Of a stretch of 64,000 bases of DNA, positions 37,236 to 46,949 are shown one piece after another. This stretch comes from Spirochaetota bacterium. GTDB lineage: Bacteria > Spirochaetota > UBA4802 > JAGODF01. Within the stretch, counting starts at the first letter, position 1. Each line of letters starts with the position of its first letter. The notes beneath the pieces were generated by a model, which was not told the origin of the DNA, ran no database searches, and saw only the letters and a program-made list of their open reading frames with translations. Where the stretch lies: positions 30,207 through 94,206 of the forward strand of contig DAOSYC010000001.1 of assembly GCA_035380905.1 (NCBI GenBank), read 5' to 3'. The translations under genes and the position numbers were made by a program.

Positions 37236-38344
37236 ATGTATGTTGAAAAGCTTGTATTAAAAAATTTCCGGAATTATGAATCACAGCATTTTAGTTTTTC
37301 CAGTGGAATGAATTTTATTGAGGGCAAAAACGGTGTAGGCAAGACTAATATTCTTGAGGCAATTTCTGTTATTTCAAATTTACGCTCTTTCAGGAATACT
37401 GTTGACAGAGAACTCATACAATGGGGAAATACGGCATATTTCTGTTCTGCTTCTGTTCTTGATAATGAAGATGCGTTATTTGAAGTTGGTTATTCTTTAA
37501 ATAATGAAAAATCAAAAAAACGCGTTAAAATTGATAATGTAGAGCTTCATAAGGCTCTTGACTATTTTGGAAGGCTTCTTACAGTAGTAATTTCTCCAGA
37601 TGACCTGAGTATTATAACCGGCAGTCCTGATATCCGCAGAAGATATTTTGATTCAGTTATTTCAAAGGCTGACAGTGGGTATTTTCAAACATTACTTGAG
37701 TTTAGAAAAATTCTATCTTCACGAAATACTGTGTTGAAAGGTCTGCGTGACGGAGCAGGCAGACGGGACAGGCAATTAGACGTCTGGGATGAAATGTTTT
37801 CTGAAACTGCTTCTTTTCTTGTGAAAAAAAGGGAGGAGTTTATTGCTGAATTTGCATCCTGGTTTTCAAATATATATATGGATATTTCAGGAGAGGGGCA
37901 CTCTCCACTTTTTACATATGCGTACTTCCCCGCATCATCCGGTAAAGATGATATATTTCGGGAACTTCAAAAAAGAAAAGAAAGAGATATACTGCTTGGT
38001 TCAACGTCAATTGGGCCTCAGCGTGATGATTATATACTGAAAAACAGAGAAGGTCATTTATTTCAAAATTATTCTTCTCAGGGTCAAAAGAGGACCGCGG
38101 CGGTATCGTTAAAGTTTTCTGAAATACTGTATATTGAAAAAAAAAGAAAAAAAAAACTATAATTTTAGTGGATGATATTTTTTCGGAGCTGGATTCATCC
38201 AGAAGGAAAAGTCTGCTTAATATTTTACAACGGGGCAACCAGGTGATATTCACCATGATTGACGACACACTTCAGGGATGTAATGTTGGTAGGGATTGTG
38301 TGGTGTACCGTATTAAAGAGGCAGGAGTAGTAGAAAAACTGTGA
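37236..38344 (+). pseudogene. recF: recF (DNA replication and repair protein RecF) with an interrupted reading frame. Codons 1-308 end at TAA 38160-38162; the conserved RecF C-terminus continues in the -1 frame to TGA 38342-38344.
   Basis: The N-terminus MYVEKLVLKNFRNYESQHFSF...IEGKNGVGKTNILEAI is the RecF Walker A. After the A9-G-A10 tract at 38137-38156, the -1 frame reads ...IILVDDIFSELDSSRRKSLLNILQRGNQVIFTMID..., which is the RecF signature / D-loop C-terminus. The two pieces together total about 369 aa, the normal RecF length. This could be a homopolymer sequencing error, a genuine frameshift, or slippage-dependent expression. Confidence 0.75.
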
Positions 38345-38682
38345 AGTTCAAGTTTAAAGAACTGCGTCAAAATAAAGTAGTAACATTAAATAATCTGTTC
38401 CCGTCAATTCTTTCTGAGTTTAATTTAACGGAAACCTTTGTTATTGATATCCTTAAAAAAGAGTGGAGCAGTATTGTTGATACCCTTATTGCTTCACATA
38501 GTGAGCCTGATAGAATATTTAAGGACACTCTGTATATTATTGCTGATCACCCGGTCTATTCCAATGAGATCCTGCTCATGAAAACCATGATTATCAACAG
38601 TATCTCTGAAAAGACAGGGATGGGATTCATCAGAGAGATAAGAGTTGAAGTAAAAAAAAATAATGATAAAAAGCGACGGTAG
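38341..38682 (+). CDS. DUF721 / DciA-like protein (candidate replicative-helicase operator/loader in DnaC-less bacteria)
   Basis: GTG start overlapping the recF C-terminal stop. The translation ...VIDILKKEWSSIVDTLIASHSEPDRIFKDTLYIIADHPVYSNEILLMKTMIINSI matches the DUF721 pattern (W..ivG..la.hs.P..i..g.L.i.v.s..w..eL). Its position between recF and gyrB is the canonical DUF721 locus, for example Rv0004 in M. tuberculosis. Confidence 0.65.
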   Translation: MKFKFKELRQNKVVTLNNLFPSILSEFNLTETFVIDILKKEWSSIVDTLIASHSEPDRIFKDTLYIIADHPVYSNEILLMKTMIINSISEKTGMGFIREIRVEVKKNNDKKRR

Positions 38683-38715
38683 GTTTGTACCCACATTTTA
38701 AAGAATACCGGATTA

Positions 38716-38973
38716 TTGAACATGTTTATTCATATAGGAAATAGAATAACAATTTCTGATACGCGTCTTGTAGGGATATTTAATGTTGAAACCCTCAAAT
38801 TTTCAGAGGATAATATTTTCTATTATTCAAAGTCCGGAAATGATGACAAGACAGTTGTTATTGATATTGATAATAATGTATATACGAGCGGTGTGAGCTC
38901 CTTTACGCTTATTAAGAGAAATATTTTAAAAGAAGGAATTATCTGGAGTAGGAACCATGGCGAAAGAATATAG
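38716..38973 (+). CDS. DUF370 / RemA-like small protein
   Basis: Length 85 aa. [26 protein letters not shown]...[25 protein letters not shown] resembles the RemA-family pattern (I.IGfgN.V...RIiaIv.pes...kr...ea.......DaT.GR.trsvIi.dS.hvilSav.peTl..R). It overlaps the gyrB start by 17 nt. Confidence 0.5.
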   Translation: MNMFIHIGNRITISDTRLVGIFNVETLKFSEDNIFYYSKSGNDDKTVVIDIDNNVYTSGVSSFTLIKRNILKEGIIWSRNHGERI

Positions 38974-40855
38974 TGCTGATAATATTCAGGTGCTTGAGGG
39001 CCTTGAAGCTGTACGCAAAAGACCCGCAATGTATATAGGGTCGACGGATGTAAACGGACTGCACCATTGTGTGTATGAGATTGTTGATAACTCTATAGAT
39101 GAAGCACTCGGGGGATATTGCGATACAATTATTGTTACCATCCACAGTGATAATACCATTGAGGTGGTTGATAACGGAAGGGGTATTCCAGTTGAAAAAC
39201 ACCCGGTATATAAGGAATCTGCACTGGAGATTGTACTGACGAAACTTCATGCAGGGGGTAAATTCGATAATGAAAGTTATAAAGTATCAGGTGGACTTCA
39301 TGGTGTCGGTGTTTCTGTTGTAAATGCCCTTTCAAGCGAAATGAAAGTTGAAGTGTATAGAAATGAAAAAATTTATACCCAGAGCTATAAGAAAGGTATT
39401 CCTACGGGTAAAGTAAAAACAACTGGTGAAACAAAAAAAAGAGGTACCCGCACAGTATTCAGACCCGACAGTGAAATTTTTGAAACATTGGATTTTAATT
39501 TTGAGACCCTTTCCAAGCGCCTGAGAGAGCTTGCCTTTCTTAATGCCGGAGTTAAAATAATACTCCGTGATGACAGGGGAAAGGGTAAGGAACATGTATT
39601 TCAGTTCAAAGGCGGAATAGTGTCCTTTGTTCAGTATATCAATGAAAATAAAACTTCTGTCAGCAAAAAGGTTATATATTTTCATACTGAGCGGAACAAA
39701 GTTGATATAGAAATTGCTCTGGAATATATCGATACATACAATGAAACAGTGTATACCTATGCCAACAATATTAACACAAAGGAAGGCGGAACACACCTCA
39801 TCGGATTTAAATCTGCACTGACGAGGGTATTGAATGATTTTCTGAAAAAAGAAGGGTATGATAAAAAAATGTCACAGCTCACAGGAGATGATGTCCGTGA
39901 AGGTCTTGTGGCTATTGTAAGTGTCAAGCTTCCCAATCCACAGTTTGAAGGGCAGACGAAAATGAAGCTTGGCAATAACGATACCAAGGGTATTGTTGAA
40001 TCCGCTACAAATGAAAACCTGAGCCAGTTCTTTTATGAAAATCCGCAAATTGTGCGTAAGATTCTTGAAAAATGTATCCAAAGCGCGCAGTCACGTCTTG
40101 CTGCAAAAAAAGCGCGCGATCTTACGAGAAGGAAAAGCGCTCTTGAAAATGATACCCTTCCCGGGAAGCTTTCAGACTGTTCTGAAAGGGACCCTTCCCT
40201 CTGTGAAGTGTATATAGTAGAGGGGGATTCCGCAGGCGGTTCTGCAAAACAGGGACGGGATAGAAAGTTCCAGGCCATTTTGCCGATTAAAGGAAAAATT
40301 CTCAATGTTGAAAAAGCCCGTCTCCATAAAATCCTCTCAAACGAGGAAATTAAAACAATAATTACGGCAATTGGTACCGGCATTGGTGATGAAGAGTTTG
40401 ATGTTTCAAAAGCACGGTATCATAAAATAATAATAATGACTGACGCGGATGTTGATGGTGCCCATATCAGGACGCTGCTTCTTACGTTCTTTTTCAGGTA
40501 TATGCCGGAAATAATACGGAATGGATTTCTTTATATCGCCCAGCCTCCTCTGTACAGTATACGCACAGGGAAGGAACTTCACTATGCATACAGCGAAGAT
40601 GAACGTGAAAAAATAATTAAACCAATAGAAAATCAGAATTACACGCTTCAGAGATATAAAGGACTTGGCGAAATGAATCCTGATCAGCTCTGGGAAACCA
40701 CGATGAATCCGGATAACCGTACATTGTTAAAGGTTTCCATGGAAGATGAAATAGAAGCAGAGGAAGTGTTTTCAGTCCTTATGGGTGATGCTGTTGAGCC
40801 CAGAAGAAAATTCATTGAAGATAATGCCCGAAACGTAAGCAACCTTGACCTGTAA
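38957..40855 (+). CDS. gyrB: DNA gyrase subunit B
   Basis: Length 632 aa. GHKL ATPase motifs ([35 protein letters not shown]). TOPRIM ([36 protein letters not shown]). PLRGKILN-type motifs. Confidence 0.95.
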   Translation: MAKEYSADNIQVLEGLEAVRKRPAMYIGSTDVNGLHHCVYEIVDNSIDEALGGYCDTIIVTIHSDNTIEVVDNGRGIPVEKHPVYKESALEIVLTKLHAGGKFDNESYKVSGGLHGVGVSVVNALSSEMKVEVYRNEKIYTQSYKKGIPTGKVKTTGETKKRGTRTVFRPDSEIFETLDFNFETLSKRLRELAFLNAGVKIILRDDRGKGKEHVFQFKGGIVSFVQYINENKTSVSKKVIYFHTERNKVDIEIALEYIDTYNETVYTYANNINTKEGGTHLIGFKSALTRVLNDFLKKEGYDKKMSQLTGDDVREGLVAIVSVKLPNPQFEGQTKMKLGNNDTKGIVESATNENLSQFFYENPQIVRKILEKCIQSAQSRLAAKKARDLTRRKSALENDTLPGKLSDCSERDPSLCEVYIVEGDSAGGSAKQGRDRKFQAILPIKGKILNVEKARLHKILSNEEIKTIITAIGTGIGDEEFDVSKARYHKIIIMTDADVDGAHIRTLLLTFFFRYMPEIIRNGFLYIAQPPLYSIRTGKELHYAYSEDEREKIIKPIENQNYTLQRYKGLGEMNPDQLWETTMNPDNRTLLKVSMEDEIEAEEVFSVLMGDAVEPRRKFIEDNARNVSNLDL

Positions 40856-40875
40856 TTGTAAAAAGGAGCAAAATA

Positions 40876-43332
40876 GTGTCAAAGAAGAATGTAAACGATA
40901 ACGAACCAAACGAAAGAATTGTAAATATAGAGATTGAAGATCAGATGCGGACCTCCTATCTCGATTACGCGATGAGCGTAATTGTAGGGAGGGCTCTTCC
41001 TGATGTCCGGGACGGGCTGAAGCCTGTACACCGCAGGATTCTCCACGCAATGAATGTACGGGCGTGGAGGAATGACAGGCCATACGTGAAATCAGCGAAA
41101 ATTGTCGGGGAGGTAATAGGTAATTATCACCCCCATGGCGATGCCGCGGTGTACGATACCATTGTTCGTCTGGTGCAGAATTTTTCCATGCGGTTTCCGC
41201 TTATTGACGGTCAGGGTAATTACGGCTCTGTTGACGGTGACCCCGCAGCTGCATACCGGTATACCGAAGCACGACTGACAAAGATTTCCGATGAGATGCT
41301 CCGTGATATCGACAAGGAAACGGTTGATTTTATATCCAACTTTGATGATACCAGGAAAGAGCCGACAGTTCTTCCCGCAGCGTATCCTAATCTCCTGGTA
41401 AACGGTTCCTCCGGTATAGCTGTGGGTATGGCGACCAATATCCCTCCGCACAACCTAGCTGAAGTAATTGACGGCACAATCGCGCTTATCGAAAACCCTG
41501 ATCTTACCGTTAAACAGATGATGAAATATATCAAGGGCCCCGATTTTCCCACAGGTGCCATTATAATGGGGGCTGACGGTATTTATAAGGCATATACTAC
41601 GGGCCGCGGCAGTGTTGTTGTGCGCGGCAGAGTGGATATCGAAGAGGACAAGAAGGGTAAGGAGTATATCATTATTTCTGAAATTCCATATCAGGTGAAT
41701 AAGGCGTCACTTGTTACACGAATAGCTGAGCTGGTGAATAATAAAGTAATTGAAGGTATTACTGAACTGAGAGACGAATCGGACAGGTCGGGGATGAGGG
41801 TCGTTATCGGACTGAAAAAAACTGCCAACAGCGCCATTATTATAAACCAGCTTTATAAGAACACACCACTCCAGAGTTCATTCGGGATTAATATGCTTGC
41901 TCTGGTTAATAATGAACCGAAGACCCTTGATATAAAAGGGGTTCTTTCAAATTATATCCTTCACAGAAAAAATGTAATAACACGAAGGACACAATACCAG
42001 CTTAAGAAAGCTGAAGAGCGGGCCCATATCCTGCAGGGCCTGAAAATTGCCCTTGATAATATTGATGAAGTAATCCGTATAATCCGTGCTTCGAAGACCG
42101 TTGATGACGCCCAGAACCGGCTCATGAAGACATTTAAACTGTCCGAGATTCAGGCAAAAGCAATTCTGGACATGCGGCTGCAGAAGCTTACCAGCCTGGA
42201 AGTGAAGAAGATTGTTGATGAACTGAATGAGCTTTTAAAGCTTATCAAGGAACTCCAGGCAATTTTAAAAAGCGATAAAAAAATCCTTGGAATTGTCAGG
42301 GATGAGATGGTTGAAATAAAGGAAAAGTATTCCGACAAGCGGAGAACTGAGATCCAGATTGGCGGCGAGACCTCCACAAGTTTTGATGTGGAAGACCTTA
42401 TCGCTGAAGAGGACATGGTTATCACGATAACCAATGACGGTTTTCTCCGGCGCCTGTCCATTGATACGTTTAAAAAGCAGCGTAGGGGCGGCAAGGGAGT
42501 TAGCGGCATCACAATTAAAAAAGAAGATTTTATAAAGATGATGAGTATATCATCTACTCACGATAATATCTTTCTTTTTTCAAATAAGGGAAAGGTATTC
42601 GGGCTGAAAACCCACGAAATTCCCCTTGCCACAAAAGCGGGACGGGGGAAATCCGTGAAGGGGATTATTAATCTCGCGAAGGGGGAGGATATTACCGCGA
42701 TATGCTCTGTCCCTGATTTCGAAGAAGAAAAGTACCTCTGCATGGCTACAAAAGGGGGAATACTGAAAAAAATTGATGTGAATGATTTTACCAATGCCAA
42801 AAAAGGTGGAATCATTGCAATAAATCTTAAAAAAGACGACGAACTGGTAGATGTAAAACTGGTGGGAAAAAATGATGATGTGGTGATCGCGTCAAAAGAA
42901 GGGCTGATTCTCAGGACAAATCTTGGTAAAATGCGGGCCATGGGAAGAAATGCCGGCGGTATTATTGGAATGAGAATCGGTAGCAGTGATGAAGTCATCG
43001 GGCTTGATGTGGTAAAAGATAATTCCAGCCTTTTTGTTATTACTTCAAAGGGTTTCGGGAAAAATATTCACTTTAAGAATTTTACCAACAAGGGCCGTGG
43101 CGGAAAAGGGATGACATATCTCAAGGTCACTGAAAAAGTCGGCCATGCAATTGAAATACGCTCGGTTTTTCCCGATGATGAAATAATAATTGCGTCGAAA
43201 AGCGGTATGACCATCAGGCTACTCGCAAAGGATGTATCTGTGCAGGGACGTACTGCAAGCGGAGTTCGGCTCCTGAATATCGGTGATGATGATATGGTTT
43301 CTGATGTCGCAGCTATAACCGAGGAAAAGTAG
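40876..43332 (+). CDS. gyrA: DNA gyrase subunit A
   Basis: Length 818 aa, GTG start. Active-site Tyr region (AAAYRYTEARL). A QRDR-like segment (HPHGDAAVYDTIVRL). C-terminal beta-pinwheel repeats. Confidence 0.95.
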   Translation: MSKKNVNDNEPNERIVNIEIEDQMRTSYLDYAMSVIVGRALPDVRDGLKPVHRRILHAMNVRAWRNDRPYVKSAKIVGEVIGNYHPHGDAAVYDTIVRLVQNFSMRFPLIDGQGNYGSVDGDPAAAYRYTEARLTKISDEMLRDIDKETVDFISNFDDTRKEPTVLPAAYPNLLVNGSSGIAVGMATNIPPHNLAEVIDGTIALIENPDLTVKQMMKYIKGPDFPTGAIIMGADGIYKAYTTGRGSVVVRGRVDIEEDKKGKEYIIISEIPYQVNKASLVTRIAELVNNKVIEGITELRDESDRSGMRVVIGLKKTANSAIIINQLYKNTPLQSSFGINMLALVNNEPKTLDIKGVLSNYILHRKNVITRRTQYQLKKAEERAHILQGLKIALDNIDEVIRIIRASKTVDDAQNRLMKTFKLSEIQAKAILDMRLQKLTSLEVKKIVDELNELLKLIKELQAILKSDKKILGIVRDEMVEIKEKYSDKRRTEIQIGGETSTSFDVEDLIAEEDMVITITNDGFLRRLSIDTFKKQRRGGKGVSGITIKKEDFIKMMSISSTHDNIFLFSNKGKVFGLKTHEIPLATKAGRGKSVKGIINLAKGEDITAICSVPDFEEEKYLCMATKGGILKKIDVNDFTNAKKGGIIAINLKKDDELVDVKLVGKNDDVVIASKEGLILRTNLGKMRAMGRNAGGIIGMRIGSSDEVIGLDVVKDNSSLFVITSKGFGKNIHFKNFTNKGRGGKGMTYLKVTEKVGHAIEIRSVFPDDEIIIASKSGMTIRLLAKDVSVQGRTASGVRLLNIGDDDMVSDVAAITEEK

Positions 43333-43333
43333 G

Positions 43334-43939
43334 ATGATCACTGCTCCGGCAAAAACTGTCGAAGCTATGAAGAACGGTTCACCGGTACGCATTGTTGCGA
43401 TTGGTGATTCCCTGACCCAGGGGTGGCTTGTACCGAAGGGGTATGTTGATTTTGTAGAGGAAATGCTCAGGGATAAATATGCAAACCCCGGGATTTCTAT
43501 TATAAACAGGGGCATTCCGGGGGATACAGCGGAAGGAGGTCTTCTCCGCCTGCGTCACGATGTTACCGATCTTGATCCTGATTGTGTCTTTATCCAGTTT
43601 GCGCTGAATGACGCGTTTATGGGTGTTCCCGTACAAGTTTATCAGAATTATGTACAGGGAATGATTGATGCTATCCGTAACGATACAGAGGCGGATATTG
43701 TACTTATTACCTCTGTGTTTCTTGATAATGAAAGGGAATATGAACAGGCAATGAAATTTTATTCCGCCCTTGAATTCCTTGCAGAAAAAAACAGTATCCC
43801 CGTGGCAAAGGTACACTCCTACTGGGAGAAAAAAGTACAGGGAGGGACCGAATTCCGTTCCCTGGTTCAGTGGGATCTTGTCCACCCCCGTGTTGAAGGG
43901 TATCGTCTGATGGCTGAGGCTGTCATGGAACTCTTCTGA
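43334..43939 (+). CDS. SGNH/GDSL-family hydrolase (lipase/esterase/acylhydrolase-like)
   Basis: All four SGNH blocks are present: VRIVAIGDSLTQG (I), INRGIPGDTA (II), FALNDA (III), DLVHP (V). The ATG lies 1 nt after the gyrA stop, so it is probably co-transcribed. An alternative start exists at M13 (43370). Confidence 0.8.
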   Translation: MITAPAKTVEAMKNGSPVRIVAIGDSLTQGWLVPKGYVDFVEEMLRDKYANPGISIINRGIPGDTAEGGLLRLRHDVTDLDPDCVFIQFALNDAFMGVPVQVYQNYVQGMIDAIRNDTEADIVLITSVFLDNEREYEQAMKFYSALEFLAEKNSIPVAKVHSYWEKKVQGGTEFRSLVQWDLVHPRVEGYRLMAEAVMELF

Positions 43940-43975
43940 TTTTCTCGCCATACAAAAGAATGATGATATAATGCT

Positions 43976-44536
43976 ATGAGCAGTACACTTCACAAACTAT
44001 CCTTTGATGAACTGAAATCATCACGGCCCTCTCTGGAAGAACTTCAAACCAGAAAACGCTTTCCCGTTACGGTGCTTCTCGAAAACGTCCGGAGCCTTTA
44101 TAATGTAGGTTCAATATTCCGTACATCGGACGGGGCCTTTGTTGAACGTGTGTTTTTGTGCGGCTATACAGGATATCCTCCCAGAAAGGAAATCGATAAA
44201 ACCGCCCTGGGCAGCACGGAAAGTGTTCCCTGGGTCCATGAACCTGATACCATGAAAGCGCTGAAGTCGATAAAAGATGACGGGTATCAGCTTGTTGCCC
44301 TTGAGCATACAGACAGAAGTGTTTCATACCTGGAAGCCTCCTTTTCATATCCGGTGTGTCTTGTGCTGGGTAATGAAGTTGAGGGGATTACAGAAGAAAC
44401 AGTTTCACAGTGTGATTTGGCCGTTGATATACCTATGCATGGTATAAAGCAGTCCCTTAATGTTTCTGTGGCGTATGGAATAGCAGTGTACCATATTATT
44501 GAACAATATGGAAAGATCAGTAATAATGAAGGGTAA
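43976..44536 (+). CDS. SpoU/TrmH-family (SPOUT) RNA 2'-O-methyltransferase
   Basis: VLLENVRSLYNVGSIFRTSDGAFV...LVLGNEVEGI...IPMHGIKQSLNVSVAYGIAVY are SPOUT motifs 1-3. Confidence 0.8.
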   Translation: MSSTLHKLSFDELKSSRPSLEELQTRKRFPVTVLLENVRSLYNVGSIFRTSDGAFVERVFLCGYTGYPPRKEIDKTALGSTESVPWVHEPDTMKALKSIKDDGYQLVALEHTDRSVSYLEASFSYPVCLVLGNEVEGITEETVSQCDLAVDIPMHGIKQSLNVSVAYGIAVYHIIEQYGKISNNEG

Positions 44537-44646
44537 CCCTTTTTTATCTTGCTTTTTCAGCGTGATGTTACTACTATACTGCGCATCTTGTGTATGTGCA
44601 GGAGAATGTTAAATTTTACTCTCTGTTAAATTGATGGAGGATTTTT

Positions 44647-46713
44647 ATGATGCGGAAATATTCCGTTGGTGTCCGTTGTATCAGTCTTGCCGCAGTTCTT
44701 TTTATTTCGATTGCTGTCAGTTCATGCCAGTTATTGAACATTCGGCAGGGAGATTCCGGACAGAAAAACCGGTATCTTAAAATTGGGGAAACAAGAACCG
44801 CCACAGTACCCGCGAATGGAGCACATATATATTTCGTAGTTGTAGAGTCGTCACGAAACCTTGTGTTTGATGTGAGGGCTTCACAGGGTTCCACCGTTGA
44901 TCCGATTGTTGTATTGTTGAACAGCGAAGGGCAGAAAGTAGGAATGGATGATGACAGCGGCGGCGGTAAAAATGCACGACTTGCCGTAAGCGTAAATACA
45001 GGAGAATATACCGCGGTTGTGAGCGGCTATGGCAATACTTCCGGCGAATACAGTATTGCAGTCACAGATGGAGGTGCAGCTCAGGCTGTGCCGGGACAAC
45101 AGGGGACTTCTGTTTCACCTCAGATGACTCAGAGTGGTGAAATTAGTCCCGGTGAGTCCAAAACAGGTGTCCTGAACCAGGGTGACACACATACCTATAC
45201 TATGAATGTACCATCCAAGCTGATGATAACGATTGACCTTGAAAAGGCCGGCAATTCAGCACTTGATCCGATCCTTGAACTTCAGAACAGTACCGGTGCC
45301 GTTATTGCGAAAGATGATGACGGGGGCGGAGGAAGGAATGCGAGGATAACAAAGTTTCTGGATCCGGGAACGTATGCTCTTAAGGCTACAGGATACCGTA
45401 ATTCATCAGGGCAGTATCAGTTAAGAGTTGCCGGATCAGAGGGAAGAGAACTTCCTCTCGGACAGGGTATGAGCGGAGTTATAAATTCCGGTGAGCGAAA
45501 GGTATATTTACTCACAGTAGTACGGGAAGGGCTGTATACTGTTTCCCTTAACAGAACGGGGAATTCCGCACTGGACCCGGCATTGTTGCTCCAGAATGAA
45601 CAGGGACAGAATCTTTCACAGGATGATGACAGCGGTGAAGGGTTAAATGCAAAAATTGAAACATTTCTTTCTCCGGGTACGTATCTCCTTTTTGGGTATG
45701 GAAGTGATGTTGGAAGCGGTGCGTTCACAATTCAGGCATCGAGAAAAAATGTTACTCCGCAGCAGCAGACAACACTTGGCGTTAATACTGCGGCAGAGGG
45801 ATGGATATTCCAAAATACACGGCATTCCTATACCATATCACTTCAGCGGGAGGGATTATATTCGTTTGACTGCGTGAAGGCTGATTCCGGAAATCTTGAC
45901 CCGATGATCAATCTTGAAAACGAAAATCATATACAGATTGACAGTGATGATGACAGCGGCGGAGGACGTGACGCACGAATAATGCGTATGATGACCCCCG
46001 GGAAATATACTCTAAATGTCACAAGTGTTGGAACATCGTCAGGAAAATACAGACTCTCTGCAAAAGTAATTGGACTTAGAACTATTGCTCTTGGGAAGAG
46101 CGTAACCAGCACATTGGGAGAAGGTGAAATTCACGCCTACAGGTTTGTACTGAAAAAAAAGGCGAATGTAACTATTGATAATGAACAAACGGGACAGGGG
46201 AATCTGGATCCCTATCTGGTTATGTTTGATAAAAACGGCGGTAAAATTACAGATGATGATAGCGGTGAGAACAGGAATGCAAGGATAAACAGGGAACTTA
46301 CTGCAGGTGATTATATTATTGTAGCAAAGGGACTTGGTTCAACAAGCGGTGGATATAAACTTGCAGTCAACCGTTTCAGGGCCGCACCTGATGTCCAGGC
46401 ATCAATTTCCGTTGGTGAGACCAGGACAGGAACACTGCAGTCGGGAGGTCAGCGTATTTCTTATTCTTTAACTGTATCCGCTGCGGGAACAGTAATTATA
46501 CGCGCAAAAAAAACATCAGGGTCCAATGTTGATACATTAGTTGAGCTGTATAATGCAAACGGGGTGATGGTGGCGAGTGATGATGACAGCGGTGGAAACA
46601 GAAATGCGCTTCTTATTCAGCAGTTAAACCCGGGAAGCTACCGGGTTGTTGTTAGAAGTTACGGCAACAGCACCGGTGAATATCTCCTGAGTATTGTATC
46701 AGGCGGAAATTAA
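44647..46713 (+). CDS. Secreted lipoprotein with six tandem PPC-like (pre-peptidase C-terminal / Ca-binding beta-sandwich-like) repeats
   Basis: Lipobox IAVSSC. Six modules of about 105 aa share D[PT]x[LI]xL.N..G..[VI]..DDDSGGG.NA[RK]I...L.PG.Y.L.V.GY..[ST]SG.Y.L. Confidence 0.65.
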   Translation: MMRKYSVGVRCISLAAVLFISIAVSSCQLLNIRQGDSGQKNRYLKIGETRTATVPANGAHIYFVVVESSRNLVFDVRASQGSTVDPIVVLLNSEGQKVGMDDDSGGGKNARLAVSVNTGEYTAVVSGYGNTSGEYSIAVTDGGAAQAVPGQQGTSVSPQMTQSGEISPGESKTGVLNQGDTHTYTMNVPSKLMITIDLEKAGNSALDPILELQNSTGAVIAKDDDGGGGRNARITKFLDPGTYALKATGYRNSSGQYQLRVAGSEGRELPLGQGMSGVINSGERKVYLLTVVREGLYTVSLNRTGNSALDPALLLQNEQGQNLSQDDDSGEGLNAKIETFLSPGTYLLFGYGSDVGSGAFTIQASRKNVTPQQQTTLGVNTAAEGWIFQNTRHSYTISLQREGLYSFDCVKADSGNLDPMINLENENHIQIDSDDDSGGGRDARIMRMMTPGKYTLNVTSVGTSSGKYRLSAKVIGLRTIALGKSVTSTLGEGEIHAYRFVLKKKANVTIDNEQTGQGNLDPYLVMFDKNGGKITDDDSGENRNARINRELTAGDYIIVAKGLGSTSGGYKLAVNRFRAAPDVQASISVGETRTGTLQSGGQRISYSLTVSAAGTVIIRAKKTSGSNVDTLVELYNANGVMVASDDDSGGNRNALLIQQLNPGSYRVVVRSYGNSTGEYLLSIVSGGN

Positions 46714-46735
46714 CAGAAAATACAAGTAACCGGTA

Positions 46736-46771
46736 AAAGCCCCCGTTTGAATAAAGCGGGGGCTTTTTTTA
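46736..46771 (+). terminator. Rho-independent terminator after the PPC-repeat lipoprotein gene
   Basis: aaagcccccg-tttgaataaag-cgggggctttttttatt. Confidence 0.8.
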
Positions 46772-46949
46772 TTCAGTATATTTTCCTTGAATTATTTATC
46801 ATGATGCATTACTAATAGTAATACATGGAGTCTTGTGAAATTCTTTCCCGGTCTGTGGTATAAAAGGGGGGATTTGTTCTCTATAAGAACGACGGAGTAT
46901 ACGGCATTAGAAATTACTTGATTCAAAAACAACGTACAGGAGTATCGCA

